DNA from: Candidatus Saccharimonadota bacterium | Lineage (GTDB): Bacteria; Patescibacteriota; Saccharimonadia; Saccharimonadales; Saccharimonadaceae | Direction: 5' to 3' | Assembly: GCA_905372305.1 (NCBI GenBank) | Contig: CAJPOP010000002.1 | Location: 74,898-138,897 of the forward strand | DNA length: 64,000 nt | Part shown: one piece after another, positions 38,853-48,765 of the stretch | Position numbering within the stretch: the stretch's first letter is position 1 | Layout: each line of letters begins with the position of its first letter | Translations under genes and position numbers: made by a program | The notes under the pieces: model-generated | Told to the model about the DNA's origin: nothing | Seen by the model: the letters and a program-made list of their open reading frames with translations, nothing else | The model's database searches: none

Positions 38853-40091
38853 ATGAAATTTGCCTCAATGCACAACGTCACTTATTTTTTGAACGAGTTA
38901 ATCGCCCATCCGCCCGAAAAGCATAATCGGCTGGCATATGTGACGCATATTTTGGAGATTCTTGGTAACCCGCAAAATCAAATTCCCGCCATCCACATCG
39001 CCGGCACCTCCGGCAAGGGTTCGACTGCTTATTATGCTACCAGTTTACTGAACCGGGCTGGCTATACTACCGGTACATTAGTGTCGCCGCATATCGCCAG
39101 CGTCGCCGAGCGCTCGCTAATCAACGGGCAGACGTTACCTGAACAAGAATATTTACATTATTTTCAAGCGTTTGCCAACCTTTGCGTAGTGCACAGCCTG
39201 CATCTATCGTATTTTGAATTTTTGACGATTTTTAGTTTTTGGCTATTTAAGAAAATAGACGTTAATTATATCATAATTGAGGTTGGAATTGGCGGACGGC
39301 TGGATACAACCAACGTGATTTTCCGTTCGCCAACTGTACGCGTCATCACTGATATCGGACTAGACCATACGGAATTACTAGGCAATACTCTGACAGAAAT
39401 CACCCAAGAAAAAGCTGGCATTATCCATCAAAACGACCTGGTTGTTATGAATCGACAAACCCCTGACGTTGAAGTAGCTGTTCAGCAGCAAACAGACGCA
39501 CAGCACGCACAATTATTAATTGCTTCGCCAATTATTGACGATTTTCTGAAAATACTGCCGGATTTTCAGCAGCGGAATTGGACATTGGCGTACCGCGCCG
39601 TTGAAAAGCGGCTGGCACTAGATAAAAAGCCGCCTCTGTCAAAAGAGGTTCTGGAAAAATCCGTGCATATCGCTATTCCCGGACGGTTAGAGAAGCGCAA
39701 TGTTGATGGAGTTAACATCATATTTGATGTTGCCCATAATCCCCAGAAAATCCGTGCCTTGATTGATTCATTACGAAAATTGTATCCGGATAAAAAGCCT
39801 ATATTCGTAGTAGCATTCGGGCAAAATAAGCATTCGTCGCTAGCAGAATCGCTTGCCATAATTGATAACCTGGCGCAGCTGGCTTACGCCACTACATTCA
39901 GCGCCAATTACGGCAAAAACCACCGCAACGTACCGCCAGAAACCATCCAGCACCTCATGAAATCTGCCGTCGAGATTGAACATAATACAGACAAGGCCCT
40001 CGCGAAAGCCATCAAAAAGGCCCGGCAGCTTGATACGTACGTCGTTGTTGCCGGGTCGTTTTATTTAGTGAGTGAATTTGCAGCAAGCTAA
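38853..40091 (+). CDS. folC: Folylpolyglutamate synthase / dihydrofolate synthase
   Basis: IHIAGTSGKGST, SPH, SYFE, IEVGIGGRLDTTN, IGLDH...EKAGI, DVAHNP and GSFYLV. Confidence 0.93.
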   Translation: MKFASMHNVTYFLNELIAHPPEKHNRLAYVTHILEILGNPQNQIPAIHIAGTSGKGSTAYYATSLLNRAGYTTGTLVSPHIASVAERSLINGQTLPEQEYLHYFQAFANLCVVHSLHLSYFEFLTIFSFWLFKKIDVNYIIIEVGIGGRLDTTNVIFRSPTVRVITDIGLDHTELLGNTLTEITQEKAGIIHQNDLVVMNRQTPDVEVAVQQQTDAQHAQLLIASPIIDDFLKILPDFQQRNWTLAYRAVEKRLALDKKPPLSKEVLEKSVHIAIPGRLEKRNVDGVNIIFDVAHNPQKIRALIDSLRKLYPDKKPIFVVAFGQNKHSSLAESLAIIDNLAQLAYATTFSANYGKNHRNVPPETIQHLMKSAVEIEHNTDKALAKAIKKARQLDTYVVVAGSFYLVSEFAAS

Positions 40092-40104
40092 ACCGCTACT
40101 ATAA

Positions 40105-40545
40105 CTAAATTATCTTGTGTTCGATTACGTACTGAATTGCTTGATTGAAAAAAGGACGCATATTAATGTTCTGCAACTCAGCGACAGACACCCATTTATA
40201 ATCGCTATGCTCCCAGCTCAACTTCACCGCCGGCGTATTATCCAAATGCGTGACGTATAATAGCTTCGTAACCGACTTATTCTCTTTCTCATCGTATGTA
40301 GTCTCGGCGTACGCTAATTGTATTTTTGCCGGATCTAAGTCTATTCCGCATTCTTCTTGCACCTCGCGAATCACCCCCAAATTCTCCGACTCGCCGGCAT
40401 CCACGATTCCGCCCGGCAAGTCTGGCTGATACGACTTCTCTGGATATTTTAAGTGTTCGCTCAAAGTCAAAGTTAGAACATTACCGTCACCATTGATGAT
40501 CAGGATTTTTGCAATTGATTCTAATATCGTGTTCTGCTTTGGCAT
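40105..40545 (-). CDS. NUDIX hydrolase
   Basis: DLPGGIVDAGESENLGVIREVQEECG and LSWEHSDYKW. Confidence 0.9.
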   Translation of the reverse strand: MPKQNTILESIAKILIINGDGNVLTLTLSEHLKYPEKSYQPDLPGGIVDAGESENLGVIREVQEECGIDLDPAKIQLAYAETTYDEKENKSVTKLLYVTHLDNTPAVKLSWEHSDYKWVSVAELQNINMRPFFNQAIQYVIEHKII

Positions 40546-40748
40546 GCTGCAGATCATTATAGCATAGGAAATCACCACTTTATTTTAGTCAAAACCACCC
40601 ATTTTTGCATAAAATTCAATAAAATTACCTAAATCTATTGACTTTTTATTCAATTATTGATATATATATTAGCTTTTTGCTCAAAGTTTGTCTTTAGGGC
40701 AAGAAGTGCCCTTTACTTTGAGCTGAGCTCTCGCGGAAGGAGAGAACC

Positions 40749-40943
40749 GTGTTCATTGGTATCCAGTCCCTGGCTGCGGTTAGCCTGTTTATTGCAGGGG
40801 CGGCAAATCTTATTTTCCCCATCTTCGGGGAGGGTTCTGCTATGACGACCCTCGTGATATATTCTCTTGCATTCGGCATGGCGAATTCTGCGCAAATCGA
40901 CATGATCAAGAAAACGAGAGATAGCTCAGACAACAAGGGCTAA
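40749..40943 (+). CDS. Small hydrophobic membrane protein (64 aa) with structured UTRs
   Basis: AAGGAG RBS plus GTG; two hydrophobic segments and a charged tail; upstream TTGACT-17-TATATA. Confidence 0.5.
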   Translation: MFIGIQSLAAVSLFIAGAANLIFPIFGEGSAMTTLVIYSLAFGMANSAQIDMIKKTRDSSDNKG

Positions 40944-41117
40944 CCGCCCACCGAAAGAAAGTAGCTTGCCGAATTGGCTCAACCTGGTTGAGACGCGTGA
41001 TGCGTTTCCTGGGTTGAAATACACCCAATTCCGGTTTGATCCAGTTCGGTGGGCTATTTTCTTTGATGATAAACACTCTAAAGACTAATCGTCCAGTTTT
41101 TTCTGCTTTTGTCTCTA

Positions 41118-41209
41118 TGGCGGAAGGACGGGGATTCGAACCCCGGAGACCCCGTGAAGAGTCTACACACTTTCCAGGCGTGCCAGTTCAACCACTCCTG
41201 CATCCTTCC
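41118..41209 (-). tRNA. tRNA-Ser(GGA)
   Basis: GGAAGGA...CACGC-CTGGAAA-GTGTG, long variable arm, GTTCGAATC and TCCTTCC-GCCA. Confidence 0.95.
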
Positions 41210-41348
41210 GCAATAACTTCATTATACAAGACGTCCGGCATACTTTCCAGGCGTGCCAGCACATCTCCGTTACTTCGTTTCCTGCCCAGCTCACCTAAAA
41301 TCATCATTAATTAGTTTTTATGTCAAAAATAATGTATTATTTATTCCT

Positions 41349-42166
41349 ATGCTAACTCACACAATCGGCGGATGGAATATTGAAAAAGGCGGCTTTGCCA
41401 GCTACGCGACCAAACTACCGCCGCAAAATCCCAAGCAAGACCACATTGCTCGCGTCATACAATCTCTGGGCGCGGATTCAATCGTTATTAGCGATGCACA
41501 GGACTGGAACGACCCAGCGGTGCGAGCAGTCTGCTTGCCCAAATATAATTTTACGTCGTTTACACCACTTGAAGACGATTGGCTAACTAGCCATAATCCG
41601 GAACAGTGCAATCTGGGTGTTGTGTTAGCTACCAACTCGCCCGTGACCAATCAAGAGATTATTGACTTCGGTACTTGCCAGGGTACTTCAACTACCCTCG
41701 ACATCGGTGCGCACGGTTTACGTATCGCTGGCGTATATCTCAACCATTACTCAGAGGATATGCGAATTGAGCAGGCGCACGCATTGCTATCTTATCTGGA
41801 TAAAGACGACACGCCAACAGTTATCATCGGCGACCTAAACACCCAGCAAGCACTCCATGAAACAGACATCACCGAGCATTGTCGGTCGCTCATCGTCAAA
41901 TTAGCGGCAGCAGCTTTTTCAGCTATTCGCCACCCCTACGGCGAACATTTGTCAGGTCTGGAACAGCGCAAAGTCTTACCAATTTTATCCGCAGCTGGAT
42001 TTTCCAACGCAGCCACTAACAACCGCCCCACCGCGCTTTTTCCTATAGCACCGCTTTTCGCGTTGACCACGCTTTAGTTCGCGGTACATCAAGCTGTAAT
42101 TACCAAGTTCATCCAACAGGCGGCGCATCCGATCATCGGCCGATTACTGTCGATATTGAGCTTTGA
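41349..42166 (+). pseudogene. Endonuclease/exonuclease/phosphatase (EEP) family gene with a frameshift near 42058
   Basis: GWNIE and VIIGDLN are in the first frame; the C-terminal VDHALV...ASDHRPITVDI motifs are in another frame ending at TGA 42164-42166. Confidence 0.75.
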
Positions 42167-42220
42167 TAAATCATCCTAGTTGCAACATCGCCTGCTTTTT
42201 GTCTATAATAAAAGGTAATT

Positions 42221-43198
42221 ATGAACGATCCTTCAGTACGTATTAAGCTTAAGAATGTTACCAAACGCTTTGGTATCGGCGACGCCGAGATTAGCGCCTT
42301 GGATAACGTTGATTTAACCGTCAAAAAGGGCGAATTTATCGCCATTATGGGTCCAAGCGGCTGCGGTAAAACGACGCTGCTTAACATGATTGGACTATTA
42401 GACCAGCCGTCTGACGGCGAATATTACCTGGATAATCGGCCGGTTGATTTTTTGACGCCGCGCCAGCGCGCCCAGATTCGCTCCAAGCAAATTGGTTTTA
42501 TTTTTCAGAATTTTAATTTAGTACCGCGGCTGACTGTTATCGACAATGTTGCCCTGCCGCTGACATACACAGGCCTAGGCAAAATTAAACGATTACAGGA
42601 AGCTAGCCGAATATTAAAAACATTTCATTTGAACGAGCGCGAATATTACATGCCGCATCAATTGTCCGGCGGCCAAGTGCAGCGCGTCGCTATCGCCCGG
42701 GCGCTAGTCAATAGCCCGTCGATTATTCTGGCAGACGAGCCGACTGGCAACCTAGACAGCAAGGCTAGCCACTTGATCATGGAAGAATTAGCGGACATTC
42801 ATCGCCGCGGCAACACTATTATTATGGTGACGCATAATCCGGAATTGACCAGTTACGCCAGCCGCGTTATCACCATGCTGGACGGTAAAATCGACACCGA
42901 CGAACACCTGGGCAGGAAAAAATTTACCAAAAAATTGATTGAAGACGATGATAAAGAAAAGAAAGATAAAGACACTAAACATAAAGGCGAAAGTCATAAA
43001 GAAAAGCAGGAAACCAGCAAAGACGCCGTAAATAAGACCACCAAAGACGATAAAGACGACAAAGAAAATAAAGAAAGTAAACACCCTAAAGCAGAGACTA
43101 AAAAGACCGAGAAGCCAGAGAAAACCGAAAAACCAGAGAAAGCTGAGAAACTTGAAAAACCCGAAAAAGCTGATAAGAAAAAGGAAAAAGAATCGTGA
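42221..43198 (+). CDS. ABC transporter ATP-binding protein (LolD/MacB type) with Lys/Glu-rich tail
   Basis: [34 protein letters not shown] and MVTH. Confidence 0.93.
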   Translation: MNDPSVRIKLKNVTKRFGIGDAEISALDNVDLTVKKGEFIAIMGPSGCGKTTLLNMIGLLDQPSDGEYYLDNRPVDFLTPRQRAQIRSKQIGFIFQNFNLVPRLTVIDNVALPLTYTGLGKIKRLQEASRILKTFHLNEREYYMPHQLSGGQVQRVAIARALVNSPSIILADEPTGNLDSKASHLIMEELADIHRRGNTIIMVTHNPELTSYASRVITMLDGKIDTDEHLGRKKFTKKLIEDDDKEKKDKDTKHKGESHKEKQETSKDAVNKTTKDDKDDKENKESKHPKAETKKTEKPEKTEKPEKAEKLEKPEKADKKKEKES

Positions 43199-44409
43199 GT
43201 ATGTTATTAAAGAACCATTTTGAAAACGCCACTCAGGCCTTGAAAGCTAATCGCGGCCGGACATTTTTGACAATTATCGGCATCACTGTCGGTATCGCCA
43301 GTATAACCATGGTATTATCGTTAGCCAGCAGCGTTACCAAACTGTTTGGCGGGCAGCAGAATATCAACACTAATGAGCCAGTCGCCATCATCCGATCCGG
43401 CGGACAAAAATCAGGCGCGAACATTTTTACTGAAGCAGACGGATCAACTACAGTCAATACGCTAACCGAGCAAGATGTAAGCGATTTGGGGAAGATTTCC
43501 AACCTTAAGACAGCGCCCATCGCTTTTTTACACAGCGAACTAAAAGCGCGCGACGGTAAAGTTGACACCCAGAAAGCCGCGATAATCGGCAGTACCGGCT
43601 CATTAAAGTCAATCGCCAACCTGGAAGTTAGCGAAGGTCAGTTCATCGACGAGGCTGACGGCATCGTCGTCGGACAGCAATTATCCGTCGACCTATTTGG
43701 TACCGACAAATCTATCGGCAATGTCATCAATATCCACGGCCAGCCAGTTACAGTCGCTGGCGTCTTAAAAAACGTCAGCCATCCCGCAAAACACCTTAAT
43801 GTCGACTTTAATAATGCCGCCATCATGCCGTTGTCTGTCATAAAAAGATTCACTCAGAATACTGCTCAAATCCAGCAAATCGCTGTCGCTGCAGATTCTC
43901 GCGAACAGTTACAGTCTGGCCTTTCTGAAGCCGAGAAAATCCTGCATAAAAACCACGACGGCAATAATGATTACCGCATCCTTACTGGTAATGAAATAAA
44001 CGAGAGTAAAAGCAACTTGGTCAATTTACTGTCATTCGTGATGGCTGTTATCGGCAGCGTATCACTGATAGTTGGCGGTGTCGGTATTATGAATATTATG
44101 CTAGTTAATGTCGCTGAACGCCGGCGCGAAGTAGGAATTCGCCGCGCTGTGGGCGCTACCGGCCAGCACATCATCAATCAGTTCGTCATTGAATCGGCAA
44201 TCGTCGGTCTACTGGGCGGCATTATCGGTTACGTCTTAGGCCTTTGCGGCGCTTATATAGTTGGCGCTTATTTATCGTTTACACCATATATTTATTGGCA
44301 AACTATTGTAATAACGATCTTCCTATCGCTGCTTATCGGCATCATCGCTGGCCTATATCCAGCCTTCCGCGCCACCAAACGCGACCCGATTGAATCGCTT
44401 CGGTATTAA
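43195..44409 (+). CDS. ABC transporter permease (MacB/FtsX type)
   Basis: RTFLTIIGITVGIAS, VGGVGIMNIMLVNVAERRREVGIRRAVGA and GLYPAFRATKRDPIESLR. Confidence 0.93.
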   Translation: MSMLLKNHFENATQALKANRGRTFLTIIGITVGIASITMVLSLASSVTKLFGGQQNINTNEPVAIIRSGGQKSGANIFTEADGSTTVNTLTEQDVSDLGKISNLKTAPIAFLHSELKARDGKVDTQKAAIIGSTGSLKSIANLEVSEGQFIDEADGIVVGQQLSVDLFGTDKSIGNVINIHGQPVTVAGVLKNVSHPAKHLNVDFNNAAIMPLSVIKRFTQNTAQIQQIAVAADSREQLQSGLSEAEKILHKNHDGNNDYRILTGNEINESKSNLVNLLSFVMAVIGSVSLIVGGVGIMNIMLVNVAERRREVGIRRAVGATGQHIINQFVIESAIVGLLGGIIGYVLGLCGAYIVGAYLSFTPYIYWQTIVITIFLSLLIGIIAGLYPAFRATKRDPIESLRY

Positions 44410-44507
44410 ATCCTCTGTCCAGAGCAGCAAATTCTCCAAATAACGAAGTGGAAGCAGATTAAACTGCCGCATTCGTATAGCAACTGGTTTAAGAATTGAG
44501 CTAATCG

Positions 44508-45548
44508 CTAGCCCAATTCTTGCTTCAACCGCTCAACCAGCGCTACCGGGCCAGGATTAACACCGTTTAATATAGCAGTATAAATACTAGCAGCATCTGC
44601 CAGCACCAAACCCCAAAGTAACTGCCTCATCAGCGTCTCGCCGGCGAGTTCCACCACATATGCCTTCGGACGCTTGCCGCTCAGCAGGCGGTCGCTTAAT
44701 TCCATACGCTCGCGAATCCTCGGCCGTTCTAAGCTGCTTCGAAGGTCAAAAATCGCGAACGGCTTTTCTACCGGATGCGACGACCAGCCGATGAACTCAT
44801 TGTGATTAAACTCTGGATACTGATTGGAAAAAGCCAGATTCTTCGCCGATTCGTTCCAGCTGATTTTCCATTTATATGCCAGCGGCCAGGTTAATTCCCC
44901 AGCAAAAAACTCTGGTGTTTTACCAATTACCATTTTAGCAATCTGTTTCGCGTAATTATGCGCCTCGGGGACGTCTGCCGCCCAGCCAGCCGCTTCGCTG
45001 CGCAGCCAGCCTGCGCTATCCGCGACTTGCTGATACAGATCGCCGTCAATAATCCAAAAATGTTGTAATAATTTCAACAGTCCTCGCAAATGATACACCG
45101 TTGACATTCTAGGCTGCGCGCCTGACGGGACTTCCACGTACGCCGCGCGGTCAGATTTGGCGCGCTCAATCAGTGATCCTCCCGTCGATAACGCCGCCAA
45201 ACAAGCCTGTTTTTCCAATGCCTGCTGATAGCAGCTCAGCGTTTCCTCAGTATTGCCCGAGTGGCTAATGGTAATCACCAGCGTCTCCTCACCGACAAAT
45301 CCCGGTAGATCATAGCCTTTTACCACCACAAGCGGTACATGCAGCCAGCCGTCCGTTAAGACTTTAATCATATCCGCCGCCAAAGCCGATCCGCCCATAC
45401 CAGCTAAAACCACATTCTTAAATTCGCGCCGCTGGTTATCGCCAGGAATCACCTCTATTTCGTACACTGCCTGCTTGGAAATATCTAAAATACCGCCGAG
45501 CGTATCAGACGGATCGCGTTGTTTTATTACATTCAAATCATCTAACAT
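44508..45548 (-). CDS. Bifunctional phosphoglucose/phosphomannose isomerase (SIS domains)
   Basis: GMGGS, ISHSGNTEETL, STGG, QPR, WNESAK and PEFNHNE. Confidence 0.92.
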   Translation of the reverse strand: MLDDLNVIKQRDPSDTLGGILDISKQAVYEIEVIPGDNQRREFKNVVLAGMGGSALAADMIKVLTDGWLHVPLVVVKGYDLPGFVGEETLVITISHSGNTEETLSCYQQALEKQACLAALSTGGSLIERAKSDRAAYVEVPSGAQPRMSTVYHLRGLLKLLQHFWIIDGDLYQQVADSAGWLRSEAAGWAADVPEAHNYAKQIAKMVIGKTPEFFAGELTWPLAYKWKISWNESAKNLAFSNQYPEFNHNEFIGWSSHPVEKPFAIFDLRSSLERPRIRERMELSDRLLSGKRPKAYVVELAGETLMRQLLWGLVLADAASIYTAILNGVNPGPVALVERLKQELG

Positions 45549-45619
45549 CTTGCATTTCTCCCTTTGTCCATGTTAAAGTATAACATAAGCGTAAACAGAA
45601 TTAATATAAAGGTGGGTAT

Positions 45620-46171
45620 ATGAGTTCTCATACTAATCAATCAATCAGCGACGATCAAGAACTAGCCAAGGTATTGGCCGGCGTTTCTCAAGAGGCGGAT
45701 AATAATATGCAGTTCGAAGAAACTGGCAGTGTCGCAGCGCCATCAACTGTAAATCCAGCTACTATCTCGCCAGATCCAGCGCCTGCTGCTGACCCTGTGC
45801 AAACTGCCGATACAGATCCAGTACAGAACGCTACATCTGCCGCGAAGGATGCAGCGAAAACATCTTTGTCTTCGGGTTCAGGGCGAACTGTCCAGCCAGG
45901 AGCGCCGCAGCAGTCAACTACATCTGATTCAACGCTTGACGAGATCAAACAAACCGCCCTATACGAACTGCGTCCGCTTATTAACAAGCTTAACGTATCG
46001 CCAGAAGAAAAGTTCGACACCTATCTATTGCTGCTGCGCTCAACTGATGACAGGGATTTGATCGCGCCAGCGCATGAAGCTGCTGTTGCTATCGTTGACG
46101 AATCTCGCCGTGCCCAAGCACTGTTGGATATCGTTAAAGAAATCGATTACTTTTCTGAATCCAGCAAATAA
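45620..46171 (+). CDS. Hypothetical protein with disordered acidic N-terminus and helical C-terminal domain
   Basis: Clean ORF with an RBS-like AAGGTGG and a terminator downstream. Confidence 0.7.
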   Translation: MSSHTNQSISDDQELAKVLAGVSQEADNNMQFEETGSVAAPSTVNPATISPDPAPAADPVQTADTDPVQNATSAAKDAAKTSLSSGSGRTVQPGAPQQSTTSDSTLDEIKQTALYELRPLINKLNVSPEEKFDTYLLLLRSTDDRDLIAPAHEAAVAIVDESRRAQALLDIVKEIDYFSESSK

Positions 46172-46187
46172 AAGTTTAGTTTATTAA

Positions 46188-46221
46188 ATAAAAATACCCG
46201 CTGCTCGGCGGGTATTTTTAT
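46188..46221. terminator. Bidirectional intrinsic terminator
   Basis: TAAAAATACCCGC-TGCTCG-GCGGGTATTTTTA between convergent genes. Confidence 0.75.
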
Positions 46222-46280
46222 CGGCTGCGGGTGGCTTTGGTAAAAATTTGTAAACCGCCCGCTCAACCAGCCGCTAGAGA

Positions 46281-47924
46281 TTACATCATCCCCATACCCG
46301 GCATGCCGCCAGGCGCAGCTGGAGCTTCTGGTTCTGGGATATCGACAACCAGTGCGCCCATGGTTGCTGCAGTTGAGGCGATGGATACCGCGTTCTGCAC
46401 TGCTTCCTTGGTGACGCGCGCTGGGTCGATGACGCCAGCTTTTTTGACATCCACCAATTCATTCTCAGGATTCATGACGTTAACGCCAAATCCGGCCTTG
46501 CCCGCTTCGACCTGCGCCAGGAGTGCGTCGGCGTTCAAGCCAGCGTTACGCATAATCTGCAGGAACGGCTGCTTCAAGGCGTCTTTCAGAATCTGCCGAC
46601 CAGCCGCGATGCTATCTGCACCAGTCACCTTCAGGCCGCCAGCCAAATTCACCAAGGTGACACCACCACCAGCGACAATTCCCTCAGCCAGGGCTGCCTT
46701 GGTAGCTGCCACGGCGTCGTCCACACGGAACTTCTTTTCGTCAATTTCTGTCTCGGTCGCACCGCCGACTTTGATGACGGCCACCTTGCCGCTCAGAGCA
46801 GCTGCTCGCTTGTCGAATTGTTCTTTTTCGTATTCGCTGGAGGCGTTGTCAGACAGCGATTTAATCTCAGCAATTCGCTCCTTAACGCCAGATGGCTTGC
46901 CTGCACCCTCAATGATAGTGGTTTCGTCTTTACCAACAATCACCTTGCGTGCCGAACCTAAGACCTCCAGGCCAGCATCCTCAAACGTCAACCCATGATC
47001 TTCAGAAATCACCGTTGCGCCGGTCAGCACCGCGATGTCGCGCAAAATCTCCTTGCGGCGGTCGCCAAAGCTTGGCGCCTTGACCGCCACGGTATTAAAT
47101 ACACCCTTAAGCTTGTTCAGTACCAAAATGCTCAGCGCCTCGCCTTCAACCTCATCAGCGATCAGCACCACGTCCTTCTTGCCGCTTTGTGCCAATTTCT
47201 CCAACATTGGCAGGAATTCCTGCACGCTAGAAATTTTTTTATCGGTGATCAAAATCGCCGGCTTTTCATAAACCGCCTCTTGCCGACCAGTGTCGGTAAC
47301 GAAGAACGGACTGACCCAGCCCTTATCTAAGCTAAAGCCTTCAACGACCTCGGCCTCCAACTCCAAACCTTGGCCAGCCTCAACTGTCACCACGCCATCT
47401 TTGCCAACTTTCTCGATGACACCAGCGATCAGTTTGCCAATTTCCGCGTCGCCTGCCGAGATGGTCGCTACCTCCGCCACGCGCTCAGACTTGCCCTCAA
47501 TTGGCTCAGCTAATTTATTCAGCTCTTTGACGATTTCTGCACCAGCCTGCTCAATGCCTTTGCGTAGCTCCATTGGGTTGTGACCCGCTGCGATCAACCG
47601 GTTGGCCTCCTTCAAAATTGAATAGGTCAGCACCGTCACCGTCGTGGTACCATCACCAGCTTGCTTGTTCAGATTCTTAGCCGCCTGCTTGATCAGATCA
47701 GCACCAACCTTGTAGCCCAGCGTCTCATCGTCATTCTCTGGCAGCTCAATACCTTCCGCCACTGTCACGCCGTCGTGCGTCACTGTTGGCCCGCCAAACC
47801 CCTTGGCGATCACCACATTGCGACCCTTTGGCCCGTAGGTTACCTTAACTGCGTTATACAGTGCCTCAGCACCGCCCAACACGCGAGCGCGCGCATCATC
47901 ATCGTAAAATACTTTTTTTGCCAT
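46281..47924 (-). CDS. groL: Chaperonin GroEL
   Basis: TYGPKGRNV, AGDGTTT, KAPSFGDRRK and a GGMPGMGMM tail; start at MAKKV (47924). Confidence 0.98.
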   Translation of the reverse strand: MAKKVFYDDDARARVLGGAEALYNAVKVTYGPKGRNVVIAKGFGGPTVTHDGVTVAEGIELPENDDETLGYKVGADLIKQAAKNLNKQAGDGTTTVTVLTYSILKEANRLIAAGHNPMELRKGIEQAGAEIVKELNKLAEPIEGKSERVAEVATISAGDAEIGKLIAGVIEKVGKDGVVTVEAGQGLELEAEVVEGFSLDKGWVSPFFVTDTGRQEAVYEKPAILITDKKISSVQEFLPMLEKLAQSGKKDVVLIADEVEGEALSILVLNKLKGVFNTVAVKAPSFGDRRKEILRDIAVLTGATVISEDHGLTFEDAGLEVLGSARKVIVGKDETTIIEGAGKPSGVKERIAEIKSLSDNASSEYEKEQFDKRAAALSGKVAVIKVGGATETEIDEKKFRVDDAVAATKAALAEGIVAGGGVTLVNLAGGLKVTGADSIAAGRQILKDALKQPFLQIMRNAGLNADALLAQVEAGKAGFGVNVMNPENELVDVKKAGVIDPARVTKEAVQNAVSIASTAATMGALVVDIPEPEAPAAPGGMPGMGMM

Positions 47925-47943
47925 AACGTAAACTCCCCTTTTC

Positions 47944-48210
47944 TCAAACAACCGTTGCTAAAATATCTTCCTCGCGGACGATCAAATATTCCGTACCGTC
48001 AATTTTTAAATCCGTAGTCGAATATTCCTTATAAACAATTTTGTCGCCTAATTTTACATTTTTGACGTCGCCGCCAACTGCTTTGACCTCAGCCACCACT
48101 GGCTTTTCCTTCGAGCTATCCGGCAAATATAATCCGCTAGCCGTCTGCGTCTTCGCCTCCTCGCGCACCGCTACCACGCGGTCACCGAGAGGCTTGATAG
48201 GTGTATCCAT
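47944..48210 (-). CDS. groS: Co-chaperonin GroES
   Basis: IKPLGDRV, TASGLYLPDS and EEDILA; start MDTPI after GGAGGA. Confidence 0.96.
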   Translation of the reverse strand: MDTPIKPLGDRVVAVREEAKTQTASGLYLPDSSKEKPVVAEVKAVGGDVKNVKLGDKIVYKEYSTTDLKIDGTEYLIVREEDILATVV

Positions 48211-48256
48211 ATCATCCTCCATTTCGTTAACAACACACCCATTGTACCGCACCAAA

Positions 48257-48283
48257 TTAGCACTCGTCAAGGGCGAGTGCTAA
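48257..48283. promoter_or_regulatory. CIRCE element (HrcA operator)
   Basis: Exact TTAGCACTC-N9-GAGTGCTAA upstream of groES. Confidence 0.95.
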
Positions 48284-48306
48284 TTTTCCGTATTTGTCCG
48301 CTTGCT

Positions 48307-48750
48307 TTAATCAATTACTAGTTCAAGCTGATCCAGATCCAACGTGTCGTCACCATCAAATTGCGGCATATCGTCACTATCGCTATCACCGTAATCAAAC
48401 AGAGCTGCCATTGGATCTTGGGTATACGGCAGCGATCCCTCCTCGAAAAGTAACTCTTTAATCGACGATGAAGATAGGCGTCTTTGAATCCTGCCCGTTC
48501 TTGGCGTAGACATAACTTCTTTAATAGCAACCTGGCCTAAAACCTGCAGCGGATCATCGGTTATAATCACTTCAGCAGAAAAATCAGCCTCAAGCTCTTC
48601 AGGTTCATCGCCTCTTCTGGCTGCTAATTCATCACCTTCAAGGTCTTCCCTTAATGTTAACCGTAATTTTGCCCCAATCAAAGGCTGTTCGCGCAGCATC
48701 GCGTCTAATTCCGCCGCATTAGGCGGACTAACAATTATATAAGAATCCAT
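48307..48750 (-). CDS. Acidic hypothetical protein
   Basis: ORF with an AAGGA RBS, directly downstream of 48766-49650. Confidence 0.6.
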   Translation of the reverse strand: MDSYIIVSPPNAAELDAMLREQPLIGAKLRLTLREDLEGDELAARRGDEPEELEADFSAEVIITDDPLQVLGQVAIKEVMSTPRTGRIQRRLSSSSIKELLFEEGSLPYTQDPMAALFDYGDSDSDDMPQFDGDDTLDLDQLELVID

Positions 48751-48765
48751 TTCCTTTACTACATC

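Noticed and set aside
46231..46998. Long antisense ORFs (46231-46998, 6079-6735, 2031-2546 and similar)
   Set aside because: They are shadows opposite well-supported genes (groL, pnp, yhgE) with no motifs or start signals.
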